DNA of 64,000 nucleotides from Squalus acanthias (Eukaryota). This document shows positions 39,401 to 49,828 of the stretch, in pieces. The DNA lies in the NCBI GenBank assembly GCA_030390025.1, contig JASTWF010000328.1, positions 62,001-126,000 of the forward strand, in the 5' to 3' direction. Position 1 is the first letter of the stretch, and every line of letters begins with the position of its first letter. The notes below the pieces were generated by a model that saw nothing but the letters and a program-made list of their open reading frames with translations, made no database searches and was not told where the DNA came from. Both the position numbers and the translations under genes were made by a program.

Positions 39401-41557
39401 CTAACGGAGGGGAGGGAGGGCGGTCACTGACGACCGCCACTCCCTCAGCAGCCCAGTGTGGAACGTCTTGAGCCGACGCAGCTCGAGCCGGCCAAGGTCC
39501 TTGTCCGCGCCCATGATTTTAACGGCGGCGCGGACGGACACGACGAGCAGCGTCAGCTCCGACCACTTGTCGAGGGCCAGCCGGATCTTCTTGTGACGAC
39601 CCTGGCTCATGGCCATAAAATCCCGGAGTTCCCCTACGGGGATGAGGGGAGAGTCGGTGAAGGGCACGAGGGCGTCCATCGCCTCGCTGCCGATGGACTC
39701 CAAATCGTCCTCGATGCCCCCCACCGAGTCCCTGTCCTCCTCCGGGAGGTCGTCACCGGCGGCCAACCCGTCCGTCACACAGGGTGCAGCGAACGGCTCG
39801 GCCGCACCGGCCGGCCCCGCCTCCGTCACGATCCCACCCCCAGGATCGGTGGCAGAGGAGTCCACCCTGGGCTCCTTCAGGGGCGCCGGGCCGGGAGGCG
39901 GCGGCGGCGGTTCGGGGCCCCCCCCCGCCTCAGGCGCCGGGGCGACCGGAGAAACCGGGGAGAAAATAATCCCAAATTCCTCCAGCACGTCCGGCGCCAA
40001 CAACAGAGACGGAGTCAGGGGGCTTTCCGTCTCCCCGCCACCAACCTCCGACCCAGCGGGCTGGGGATTGCTACACTCCTCCACCAGGTCGAGCAGTCCC
40101 TGGGAGATATCTGGGTTATAAAAGGCGGGCTCGGCTTCAGCCTCTTTGGCCTCGCCCGCCCCAGTCCCCAGGACGCCCGACCCGGCGAGGAGCAACGGTT
40201 CAGGTTCTACATTTCCCTCCGCGGGTTGTTCCGCGCCCCCCCCCACAGGCAGGGTCTCTTCCCCATCCCCGGGAGGCACAGGTCGGACAGACTCGGCTGT
40301 CTCACCCTCCCGAGGGACAGACGACCCCTGCCGATCGCGCGCGACGATGACGGTGGTGGGGTGGGGCGCAGCACCCGCGGCGGGCGACTGCCCCCCTTTT
40401 GCGGAGGGACCTTCCTCCTCGCAGTCCTCCTGCTGGGGGCGGAGCTTTCTTTTTAACAAGTTGGGGCCCGGAGAGGGGGAGGCCTCCATGTCTGCTGGGG
40501 CCTCCCTCTCTGCCCCCTTCCGACGACTGGGTTTCTTGGGCCCCTCGGGCCCGAGCCCGGCCACAGGTCTTGATTCAGCTGCCTCAGCAGTTGCGGTCAC
40601 GGTCGCGGGCCCGGGCACGAGGACCCCCCCAGTCTCATGCGTCCCGACCAACTCCGCCATGTACTCGGGCGTGAGTTCGGTCAATTCCGATGTTTCCTCC
40701 GCGAGGGGATCCGCCCTTAGGTGTTTAGTTTTCCTACGCGCCTTCCTTCCCCCCGGACGCTCTCCCTCCTCCCCGCCGGAGGCCGTGGTGGTGTTGGCCT
40801 CCGATTTCGACCGCGCATCCGTCGCCGTCGACGCGCGGACAGTATCAGGGGGAGGGGGGGCGGCGGCGCCAACCCTGGCCGCGCCAGGTGTCGTGGCGGC
40901 CTTGGAGGCGGGGCAGTTTTTGCGGACGTGCCCCACCTCCTTACAGGCGTAGCACCGCACGCCGTCCGAGGTCCAGAAGACGCGGTGGGCGGTCCCCCCG
41001 TGGAGCACCGTGAACGCGCCGTCCGCGTCCTCCTCCCGCGCCAGCCGGACGAAAAGCTGGCGCCGGAAGGAGAAGACGTGCCGAAGGCTGGCTTCCCGGA
41101 AGCCGAGCGGGATGGGTGTGATCCCCGACCTCACCTCCCCCAGTTGACGTAGGTGGGGGAGGAGGAGCTCACCCGGAACAAAGGGCGGGACGTTGGAAAC
41201 CACAATCCTTTGCGCGGTGGCCTCAAGGGGGTCCACCGGCAGGAAGGTCCCGCCCACGGTGAGCCCCTTCTCGATGGCCAGGGACACCGCCCGCTCCGAC
41301 CCCAGGAAGAACACAGCCTTGCCGTACATTTTAGAGGCGGCGACGATGGCTGAAGGGCCGACAACCCCAGCCATGGCTTTAACGCACGCCTCTATAGTCA
41401 TGTTGGGGTGAGTGTAGCTCTTGACCCCATTCTTCCTCGTAAGGAGGGTAAAAGGTGACGGGGTAACAGGAGGACTCGTGGCTGCGGCCGTGGCCGCGGC
41501 TGCCACGCTCGCATACGTCCTCGCTGCCCCCGCCACCGGCGAAGATGTGGTCGCCAT
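39401..41557 (-). CDS. Tx1 ORF1, copy B (718 aa from first ATG; CCHC knuckle and long low-complexity region)
   Basis: MATTSS start, IVVSNVPPF, CYACKEVGHVRKNC. Confidence 0.9.
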   Translation of the reverse strand: MATTSSPVAGAARTYASVAAAATAAATSPPVTPSPFTLLTRKNGVKSYTHPNMTIEACVKAMAGVVGPSAIVAASKMYGKAVFFLGSERAVSLAIEKGLTVGGTFLPVDPLEATAQRIVVSNVPPFVPGELLLPHLRQLGEVRSGITPIPLGFREASLRHVFSFRRQLFVRLAREEDADGAFTVLHGGTAHRVFWTSDGVRCYACKEVGHVRKNCPASKAATTPGAARVGAAAPPPPDTVRASTATDARSKSEANTTTASGGEEGERPGGRKARRKTKHLRADPLAEETSELTELTPEYMAELVGTHETGGVLVPGPATVTATAEAAESRPVAGLGPEGPKKPSRRKGAEREAPADMEASPSPGPNLLKRKLRPQQEDCEEEGPSAKGGQSPAAGAAPHPTTVIVARDRQGSSVPREGETAESVRPVPPGDGEETLPVGGGAEQPAEGNVEPEPLLLAGSGVLGTGAGEAKEAEAEPAFYNPDISQGLLDLVEECSNPQPAGSEVGGGETESPLTPSLLLAPDVLEEFGIIFSPVSPVAPAPEAGGGPEPPPPPPGPAPLKEPRVDSSATDPGGGIVTEAGPAGAAEPFAAPCVTDGLAAGDDLPEEDRDSVGGIEDDLESIGSEAMDALVPFTDSPLIPVGELRDFMAMSQGRHKKIRLALDKWSELTLLVVSVRAAVKIMGADKDLGRLELRRLKTFHTGLLREWRSSVTALPPLR

Positions 41558-42713
41558 AATGGAGGGTTCTTTAAGGGCTACACTCACCCCAAGTCACAGG
41601 CCTGAAGGTGTTAATGGCCTTGGTTTTTTTTTGTTTTAGTTTTCCCCTGAGCAGAGGGAGCTCTTAAATTGAAGGCACACCTCTCCCTTTAGTTGATTGA
41701 ATTGGGAGAGGGGCCTTCTCCCCTCTGCTCAATGGGTACTTAATTAAAAATAGATGAGGTGCCTCTTAGAGAGAGAGGCAGAGAGAGACAAGAGACAAAG
41801 AGAGAGAGAGAGGGGGTGGAAGGAGGGAAGCCGCACGGGCAGGGTCGCCACTCAGGATGGTGGGTGGGTGGGTGTTGGCAGGGGGGGTGCACTCTCCGAT
41901 GTAATAAAAGTCTTTGGTGGTGGTGGTCTTCTGGTGGGGGGAGAAGATGTCTTCACCTGGGATAGCTGGAGATGCCCAGGCTCAGTCCTGCACCAGGTCT
42001 TAACGATGCCCAATTGGATTAAATTAATTGGGGAACTTCACCTAGGCAGCTCCAGCTGTCCCAGGTCAGGCAATGGGAAAGGGGTGTTTAATATGGTGTG
42101 TGCGGCCTAGCTTTTACAGAAGCCACACACACTCACACACACACCCCTTAGATGTTCCGGCCTTCTTTTCTTCTTTCCTCCCCCCACCTACAAAACAAAG
42201 TCTCTGGGAGAGTGCCCCAGAATCACACCCACCTGTAGCTGTTGTTCTTTCCTTCCTCCCTCCTTCCAAACAGATGATGGATGTTGTCGATGTTTTCTCC
42301 CCTCTCTCCCTCTCCTTAAATGGAGGCCAATTGAGGAGGCAGTGTGGAAAGGCCTCTCCTTTGATGTTGATGGCCTTGGCCTTCCCTTCTTTTCACTCTC
42401 CTCTCCTGTCCTCTCTCTCCAGGCACCTCAGTTGTGGTTGTTGGTTGTTGGTGGTGGCCTGCTGTCTGGTCTCCTTCTCCTTCTCCTCTTCCTGCTCACA
42501 GAGACCACCACTCTGCTGCTGCTGCTCCTCCGTCAGCAGCTCCGAAAGCTTGTGATTTCAAATAAAGCTGTTCGACTATAACCTGGTGTTGATCTTTTTG
42601 GTTTGACAGAACGCAAATTTACTGTAAATCAATTAAAACTTGAAATGAAACTTAATAAATCAAATTAAAATTTGAAAGTCCGGGGTGACGATGCACTCCA
42701 GTCCCCGCGGCGC

Positions 42714-45700
42714 TCACCGGTCACGGAAAAACTCAAGCGTGCCGGCGGACACCGCGTGCTCCATCTCCAGGGCCACCCGGGCGCGAACATGGCCGCGGAA
42801 GAGAGGCAGGCAATCGGGCCGAACGACCCCCTCGACCGCCCGCTGCCTGGACCAATTAATGGCTTTCTTGGCCAGGCCCAGGAGCAGTCCTACGAGGAGG
42901 TCCTCCGACCTACCCGCTCCCCTCCGCACCGGGTGACCGTAGATCAGGAGCGTGGGGCTGAAGTGCAACCAGAAATTGAGGAGCAGCCCCTTCAAATAAT
43001 GAAAGAGGGGCTGCAACCTCTCACATTCAACATAAATGTGATAAACGGACTCCTCCAGGCCGCAAAAATGGCAAGCAGCCTGGGAGTCCGTAAACCTACT
43101 TAAAATCCTATTGCACGGGACTGCTCCGTGCAACACCCTCCAGGCCAAGTCCCCAATAGAACAAGGGAAGACTCCCGCGTAGAGAGCCTTCCAATGGGGA
43201 CCTTCGCCTCCGCCGGACGGCAGGATGGTACGCCAAGGCGTGTCCGGACGGCAGACGAAGATGGCAAAGTGGAGAGTGTGCAGGAGCAGCCCGTACAGGA
43301 AACGCCTCCGTGCGGATTGAAAGGGCACGGAGGGCATTTCTCCGAGAAGGCTCAAGTGGTGAGGCGGCGGCTCCCGAGGGAGGATTCGGGGCCGGGCGCC
43401 GATAAGGAATTCCGTCCGAACGGGGGTCAGTTCGGACGGGATCGCCCCACGTGCTTGAGCCTCCTCGACACACCTAGTGGAGACGGGGCCCAGTGCCACT
43501 TTTAGCGACTCGATGGCTTTGACCGCGAGCCGGACGTTGACCCAAGACATGCGCCTCGCCAACTCCTCCGGCGCCATCCAGCCCGCTCCTCCGCCATCGA
43601 GCAGGTCCCCGACTCTGGTCACCTTACCGGGCACAGCCCTGCCCTCCGCCAGCCAGCCGAACCCGCGGTCGTGGAGGTGCGGATTCCTGAACAGCGGCTC
43701 CCGAAGGACGGCCGCCGCTCCTGACGGGGGAGAACTGCGCTCGGAGGCGACGCTGTTCCAAACCCATAGCAGTTCCTGGTAGAAGACAGGCAGCTCCCGC
43801 AGGCTGGCACGCGTGCCACCCACTCTCACAAACAGGAGCTGCGTGTCGTAATTGAGGCCGTGCAGCTGGCGGAAGAAATACGTCGCCAGCGCACGCCACC
43901 TAGGAGGATTCTCCACGTACAGGTATCTTTGCAGCGTCTGAAGACGGAAAGTCGCCGCCTGGGTGCGAAGGCACACCAGCGCCTGACCGCCCTCCCTAAG
44001 CGGGAGACTCAAAACCGCGGCAGAGACCCAGTGCTTCCTTTTGTCCCAGAAGAAGTCGACGAGCTTCTTCTGCATCTTGGCGACAAACGCAGGGGGAGGG
44101 ATCAAAGTGACCAACCGGTACCACAACATGGCGGCCACCAGCTGGTTTATGACCAGCGCTCGACCCCTGTAGGACAACACTCGGAGCAGTCCTGTCCAGC
44201 GTCCTAGGCGAGCGGTGACTTTGGCCTCCAGCTCTTGCCAGTTCGCCGGCCAGGCGTCCTCGGCCGGGCTGAGGTAGACTCCCAGGTAGAGGAGGTGCGT
44301 GGTGCTCCAGGCGAAAGGCCCGAACTCCTCCGGCAGGGAGTCCACCCGCCATGGGCCCACCAGGAGTCCAGAACATTTCTCCCAGTTGATCTTGGCGGAG
44401 GATGCGTCCGAGTAAATCTGCTGGCATTCTCGCATCCTCCGCAAGTCGACGGGATCCGTGACCGCGAGGAGCACGTCATCGGCGTAAGCCGAGAGGACCA
44501 CCTCCACGCCCGGCCCTTGCAGAGCCAGTCCCGTCAACCTCTTCCGCAAGAGGCGCAGGAAAGGCTCCACGCAAACGGCGTATAACTGACCGGACATGGG
44601 GCATCCCTGACGCACCCCCCTCCCGAAGCGAAGGGGCGCCGTCAAAGACCCGTTAACTTTAATCAGACACTCCGCGGCGGCGTACAGAAGTCGGATCCGG
44701 GCGACGAAATGCGTCCCGAACCCGAATGCGCGCAGAGTCCCGAAAAGATACTCGTGATCCACCCTGTCGAACGCCTTCTCCTGATCCAGGGAAAGGAAGG
44801 CGACCGACAGACCAGCCCTCTGGGAATGGTGGACCAGGTCCCGGACCAGATGGATGTTATCGTGGATACTCCGGCCCGGGACCGTGTAGGACTGGTCGGG
44901 GTGGATCATGCGGGCCAGCACGGTGCCAAGGCGAGCAGACATAGCCCTGGCGAAAATTTTGTAGTCCGTGCTGAGGAGGGAGACCGGGCGCCAGTTCTTA
45001 AGTAGGCGGAGATCGCCCTTCTTGGGCAGCAGGACGATGACCGCCCTGTGCCAAGAGAGGGGCATCTCCCCGGTCGCCAGACTTTCCCCCAGGACCCGCG
45101 CGTAGTCGTCCCCCAAGACGTCCCAGAACGCCCTGTGGAACTCCACGGTCAGCCCGTCCAGCCCCGGGGACTTGCCCCTCGAGAGCTGGCGCAGGGCGCC
45201 GGTCAGCTCCGCCAGGCTTAGCGGAGCTTCTAAATTCTCGGCGCCCTCCGGGCCGACCTTCGGCAGGTCCTCCCACAAAACTCTGCGCGCATCCTCGCTG
45301 GACGGATCCGAAGAGAACAGAGCCCCGTAATAGGCCCGGGCCTCCGCGCTGATGCCCTCCGGATCCGAGACCAGAGATCCGTCGTCGGCCAGCAGCCCCA
45401 AGAGCTGCTTACGGACCCCCCGCCTTTTTTCCAGCGAGTAGAAGAAGGGGGAGCCGCGGTCCAGGTCCCGCAGGAACTGGATCCGCGACCTCACGTACGC
45501 GCCTCGGGACCCGACCAGCTGCAGGTCCTTCAGCGCGCCCTTCTTCTCTTCGTACACCTTCCGCAGGGCCGGGTCCTCGACGACTTGACCGAGACGGGAC
45601 TCCAGGTCGAGCACTTCTTTCTCCAATCGCCCGACCCGGGCCTCCCGCCTCTTGGTCGACCCCTTCGCGTACTCCTGACAGAAGACGCGGACGTGAGCCT

Positions 45701-46559
45701 TGCCCACGTCCCACCATAGCCTCAAGGAGGGGAAGCCTCCCCGCTTCCTTCTCCAGTCGGCCCAGAACCGGCGAAACGAATCCCGGAACCGCGCGTCCTC
45801 CAGCAGCAGGTTGTTAAAATGCCAGTACGCGGACCCCCCCCGCGCGCGCAGCGGAGCGAGCTCCGCCCACACCAGGTGGTGGTCCGTGCACGGCACCGGC
45901 CGCATGGAAGCCGCCGGAATGCAGGAGACGTACGCCCGGGAAATGTAAAGGCGGTCGATTCTGGACCTTCCTCCTCCAGACCTCACGCTCGTGAAGGCGC
46001 TGGAGTCGGGATGGAGATTTCGCCAGACGTCCACCAAGTCGAAGGACCCGACCAGGTCCCGCAACTTCTCCATCGCCGCCGGGCTTCGCGGGGGACCTGA
46101 CCGGTCCCGCGCCTCGAGGGTACAATTGAAATCCCCCCCGAGGATGACGCACTCGCCCACGTCGATGGAGCCCAGAAGAGCGGACACTTCTCCGAAGAAG
46201 CGCACTTGCTGCGCACCGGTCCGGGGGGCGTACACGTTCACTAAATGGAGCGGCACGCCTCCCAGGCGAACAGTGACCTGGAGCAAGCGGCCCGGCACGT
46301 GCTCCTTGACCCTCAAGATCTCCGGCTGAAAATGCGGGGCCAGCAAGACAGCCACCCCGCAGGAATTGTTGGAGAGGTGACTCATGCTGACCCCTCCTTG
46401 CCACTCCAGGAGCCACGTGGCCTCGTCTCCCGGAACGGTGTGGGTTTCTTGCAGGAAGCACACCGCATATTTCCCGTCCCGAAGGACCGAGAAGTTATTG
46501 AATCTACGGCGCGCCTCCCTGCTGCCGTTGATGTTGAGGCTGGCTATGGTTATCTTCAT
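42714..46559 (-). CDS. Tx1 ORF2, copy C, last 18 aa lost by TGG>TGA
   Basis: Ends FFRDR versus FFRDRWAPRG... in A and B. Confidence 0.9.
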   Translation of the reverse strand: MKITIASLNINGSREARRRFNNFSVLRDGKYAVCFLQETHTVPGDEATWLLEWQGGVSMSHLSNNSCGVAVLLAPHFQPEILRVKEHVPGRLLQVTVRLGGVPLHLVNVYAPRTGAQQVRFFGEVSALLGSIDVGECVILGGDFNCTLEARDRSGPPRSPAAMEKLRDLVGSFDLVDVWRNLHPDSSAFTSVRSGGGRSRIDRLYISRAYVSCIPAASMRPVPCTDHHLVWAELAPLRARGGSAYWHFNNLLLEDARFRDSFRRFWADWRRKRGGFPSLRLWWDVGKAHVRVFCQEYAKGSTKRREARVGRLEKEVLDLESRLGQVVEDPALRKVYEEKKGALKDLQLVGSRGAYVRSRIQFLRDLDRGSPFFYSLEKRRGVRKQLLGLLADDGSLVSDPEGISAEARAYYGALFSSDPSSEDARRVLWEDLPKVGPEGAENLEAPLSLAELTGALRQLSRGKSPGLDGLTVEFHRAFWDVLGDDYARVLGESLATGEMPLSWHRAVIVLLPKKGDLRLLKNWRPVSLLSTDYKIFARAMSARLGTVLARMIHPDQSYTVPGRSIHDNIHLVRDLVHHSQRAGLSVAFLSLDQEKAFDRVDHEYLFGTLRAFGFGTHFVARIRLLYAAAECLIKVNGSLTAPLRFGRGVRQGCPMSGQLYAVCVEPFLRLLRKRLTGLALQGPGVEVVLSAYADDVLLAVTDPVDLRRMRECQQIYSDASSAKINWEKCSGLLVGPWRVDSLPEEFGPFAWSTTHLLYLGVYLSPAEDAWPANWQELEAKVTARLGRWTGLLRVLSYRGRALVINQLVAAMLWYRLVTLIPPPAFVAKMQKKLVDFFWDKRKHWVSAAVLSLPLREGGQALVCLRTQAATFRLQTLQRYLYVENPPRWRALATYFFRQLHGLNYDTQLLFVRVGGTRASLRELPVFYQELLWVWNSVASERSSPPSGAAAVLREPLFRNPHLHDRGFGWLAEGRAVPGKVTRVGDLLDGGGAGWMAPEELARRMSWVNVRLAVKAIESLKVALGPVSTRCVEEAQARGAIPSELTPVRTEFLIGARPRILPREPPPHHLSLLGEMPSVPFQSARRRFLYGLLLHTLHFAIFVCRPDTPWRTILPSGGGEGPHWKALYAGVFPCSIGDLAWRVLHGAVPCNRILSRFTDSQAACHFCGLEESVYHIYVECERLQPLFHYLKGLLLNFWLHFSPTLLIYGHPVRRGAGRSEDLLVGLLLGLAKKAINWSRQRAVEGVVRPDCLPLFRGHVRARVALEMEHAVSAGTLEFFRDR

Positions 46560-46584
46560 CTCAGAAGCATAGTGCAACCTCTAC

Positions 46585-48742
46585 CTAACGGAGGGGAGGG
46601 AGGGCGGTCACTGACGACCGCCACTCCCTCAGCAGCCCAGTGTGGAACGTCTTGAGCCGACGCAGCTCGAGCCGGCCAACGTCCTTGTCCGCGCCCATGA
46701 TTTTAACGGCGGCGCGGACGGACACGACGAGCAGCGTCAGTTCCGACCACTTGTCGAGGGCCAGCTGGATCTTCTTGTGACGACCCTGGCTCACGGCCAT
46801 AAAATCCCGGAGTTCCCCTACGGGGATGAGGGGAGAGTCGGTGAAGGGCACGAGGGCGTCCATCGCCTCACTGCCGATGGACTCCAAATCGTCCTCGTTG
46901 CCCAACACCGAGTCCCCGTCCTCCTCCGGGAGGTCGTCACCGGCGGCCAACCCGTCCGTCACACAGGGTGCAGCGAACGGCTCGGCCGCACCGGCCGGCC
47001 CCGCCTCCGTCACGATCCCACCCCCAGGATCGGTGGCAGAGGAGTCCACCCTGGGCTCCTTCAGGGGCGCCGGGCCGGGAGGCGGCGGCGGCGGTTCGGG
47101 GCCCCCCCCCCGCCTCAGGCGCCGGGGCGACCGGAGAAACCGGGGAGAAAATAATCCCAAATTCCTCCAGCACGTCCGGCGCCAACAACAGAGACGGAGT
47201 CAGGGGGCTTTCCGTCTCCCCGCCACCAACCTCCGACCCAGCGGGCTGGGGATTGCTACACTCCTCCACCAGGTCGAGCAGTCCCTGGGAGATATCTGGG
47301 TTATAAAAGGCGGGCTCGGCTTCAGCCTCTTTGGCCTCGCCCGCCCCAGTCCCCAGGACGCCCGACCCGGCGAGGAGCAACGGTTCAGGTTCTACATTTT
47401 CTTCCGCGGGTTGTTCCGCGCCCCCCCCCACGGGCAGGGTCTCTTCCCCATCCCCGGGAGGCACAGGTCGGACAGACTCGGCTGTCTCACCCTCCCGAGG
47501 GACAGACGACCCCTGCCGATCGCGCGCGACGATGACGGTGGTGGGGTGGGGCGCAGCACCCGCGGCGGGCGACTGCCCCCCTTTTGCGGAGGGACCTTCC
47601 TCCTCGCAGTCCTCCTGCTGGGGGCGGAGCTTTCTTTTTAACGTATTGGGGCCCGGAGAGGGGGAGGCCTCCATGTCTGCTGGGGCCTCCCTCTCTGCCC
47701 CCTTCCGACGACTGGGTTTCTTGGGCCCCTCGGGCCCGAGCCCGGCCGCAGGTCTTGATTCAGCTGCCTCAGCAGTTGCCGTCACGGTCACGGGCCCGGG
47801 CACGAGGACCCCCCCAGTCTCATGCGTCCCGACCAACTCCGCGATATACTCGGGCGTGAGTTCGGTCAATTCCGATGTTTCCTCCGCGAGGGGATCCGCC
47901 CTTAGGTGTTTAGTTTTCCTACGCGCCTTCCTTCCCCCCGGACGCTCTCCCTCCTCCCCGCCGGAGGCCGTGGTGGTGTTGGCCTCCGATTTCGACCGCG
48001 CATCCGTCGCCGTCGACGCGCGGACAGTATCAGGGGGAGGGGGGGCGGCGGCGCCAACCCTGGCCGCGCCAGGTGTCGTGGCGGCCTTGGAGGCGGGGCA
48101 GTTTTTGCGGACGTGCCCCACCTCCTTACAGGCGTAGCACCGCGCGCCGTCCGAGGTCCAGAAGACGCGGTGGGCGGTCCCCCCGTGGAGCACCGTGAAC
48201 GCGCCATCCGCGTCCTCCTCCCGCGCCAGCCGGACGAAAAGCTGGCGCCGGAAGGAGAAGACGTGCCGAAGGCTGGCTTCCCGGAAGCCGAGCGGGATGG
48301 GTGTGATCCCCGACCTCACCTCCCCCAGTTGACGTAGGTGGGGGAGGAGGAGCTCACCCGGAACAAAGGGCGGGACGTTGGAAACCACAATCCTTTGCGC
48401 GGTGGCCTCAAGGGGGTCCACCGGCAGGAAGGTCCCGCCCACGGTGAGCCCCTTCTCGATGGCCAGGGACACCGCCCGCTCCGACCCCAGGAAGAACACA
48501 GCCTTGCCGTACATTTTAGAGGCGGCGACGATGGCTGAAGGGCCGACAACCCCAGCCATGGCTTTTACACACGCCTCTATAGTCATGTTGGGGTGAGTGT
48601 AGCTCTTGACCCCATTCTTCCTCGTAAGGAGGGTAAAAGGTGACGGGGTAACAGGAGGACTCGTGGCTGCGGCCGTGGCCGCGGCTGCCACGCTCGCGTA
48701 CGTCCTCGCTGCCCCCGCCACCGGCGAAGATGTGGTCGCCAT
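46585..48742 (-). pseudogene. Tx1 ORF1 copy C, +1 frameshift in a homopolymer at ~47102-47111
   Basis: C10 versus C9 in copy B; may be a sequencing error. Confidence 0.75.
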
Positions 48743-49776
48743 AATGGAGGGTTCTTTAAGGGCTACACTCACCCCAAGTCACAGGCCTGAAGGTGTTAAT
48801 GGCCTTGGTTTTTTTTGTTTTAGTTTTCCCCTGAGCAGAGGGAGCTCTTAAATTGAAGGCACACCTCTCCCTTTAGTTGATTGAATTGGGAGAGGGGCCT
48901 TCTCCCCTCTGCTCAATGGGTACTTAATTAAAAATAGATGAGGTGCCTCTTAGAGAGAGAGGCAGAGAGAGACAAGAGACAAAGAGAGAGAGAGAGGGGG
49001 TGGAAGGAGGGAAGCCGCAAGGGCAGGGTCGCCACTCAGGATGGTGGGTGGGTGGGTGTTGGCAGGGGGGTGCACTCTCCGATGTAATACAAGTCTTTGG
49101 TGGTGGTCTTCTGGTGGGGGGAGAAGATGTCTTCACCTGGGATAGCTGGAGATGCCCAGGCTCAGTCCTGCACCAGGTCTTAACGATGCCCAATAATATT
49201 AAGTTAATTGGGGACTTCACCTAGGCAGCTCCAGCTGTCCCAGGTCAGGCAATAGAAAGGGGGTGTTTAATATGGTGTGTGCGGCCTAGCTTTTACAAAA
49301 GCCACACACACACACACACACCCCTTGGATGTTCCGGCCTTCTTCTTTTTCTTCTTTCCTCCCCCCACCTACAAAACAAAGTCTCTGGGAGAGTGCCCCA
49401 GAATCACACCCACCTGTAGCTGCTGTTCTTTCCTTCCTTCCTCCTTCCAAACAGTTGATGGATGTTGTTGTTGTTTTCTCCCCTCTCTCCCTCTCCTAAA
49501 ATGGAGGCCAATTGAGGAGGCAGTGTGGAAAGGCCTCTCCTCTGGTGTTAATGGCCTTGGCCTTCCTTTCCTTCTTTTCTTCTCTTTCTCCTGTCCTCCC
49601 TCTCCAGGCACCTCAGTTGTGGTTGTTGGTTGTTGGTGGTGGTCTGCTGTCTGGTCTCCTTCTCCTTCTCCTCTTCCTGGTCACAGAGACCACCACTCTG
49701 CTGCTTCTGCTCCTTCGTCAGCAGCTCCGAAAGCTTGTGATTTCAAATAAAACTGTTGGACTATAACCTGGTGTTG

Positions 49777-49828
49777 TGCGACTTCTCATTTTTGTCCACC
49801 CAAGTCCAACGCCGGCATCTCCACATCA
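49777..49828 (+). mobile_element. Distal end of the interrupted PLE terminal repeat
   Basis: TGCGACTTCTCATTTTT continues 28232 exactly as at 21951-21967. Confidence 0.88.

Larger units (their letters stand above)
35412..42591 (-). mobile_element. Tx1-clade retrotransposon, full-length copy B (7180 bp), both ORFs intact
   Basis: Uninterrupted ORF1 and ORF2. Confidence 0.95.
42592..49776 (-). mobile_element. Tx1-clade retrotransposon, full-length copy C (7185 bp)
   Basis: Colinear with A and B; more divergent 5'UTR. Confidence 0.93.

Noticed and set aside
28284..49766. Many plus-strand and alternate-frame ORFs inside the Tx1 copies, including a Leu-rich 79-84 aa ORF in the 5'UTR
   Set aside because: Expected in GC-rich or low-complexity sequence; no motifs; repeated only because the element is repeated.
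28233..49776. LTR element, or assembly-duplicated single copy
   Set aside because: APE-RT architecture with no integrase or LTRs; each copy has private substitutions and a distinct 3' end. Read-level confirmation is still advisable.
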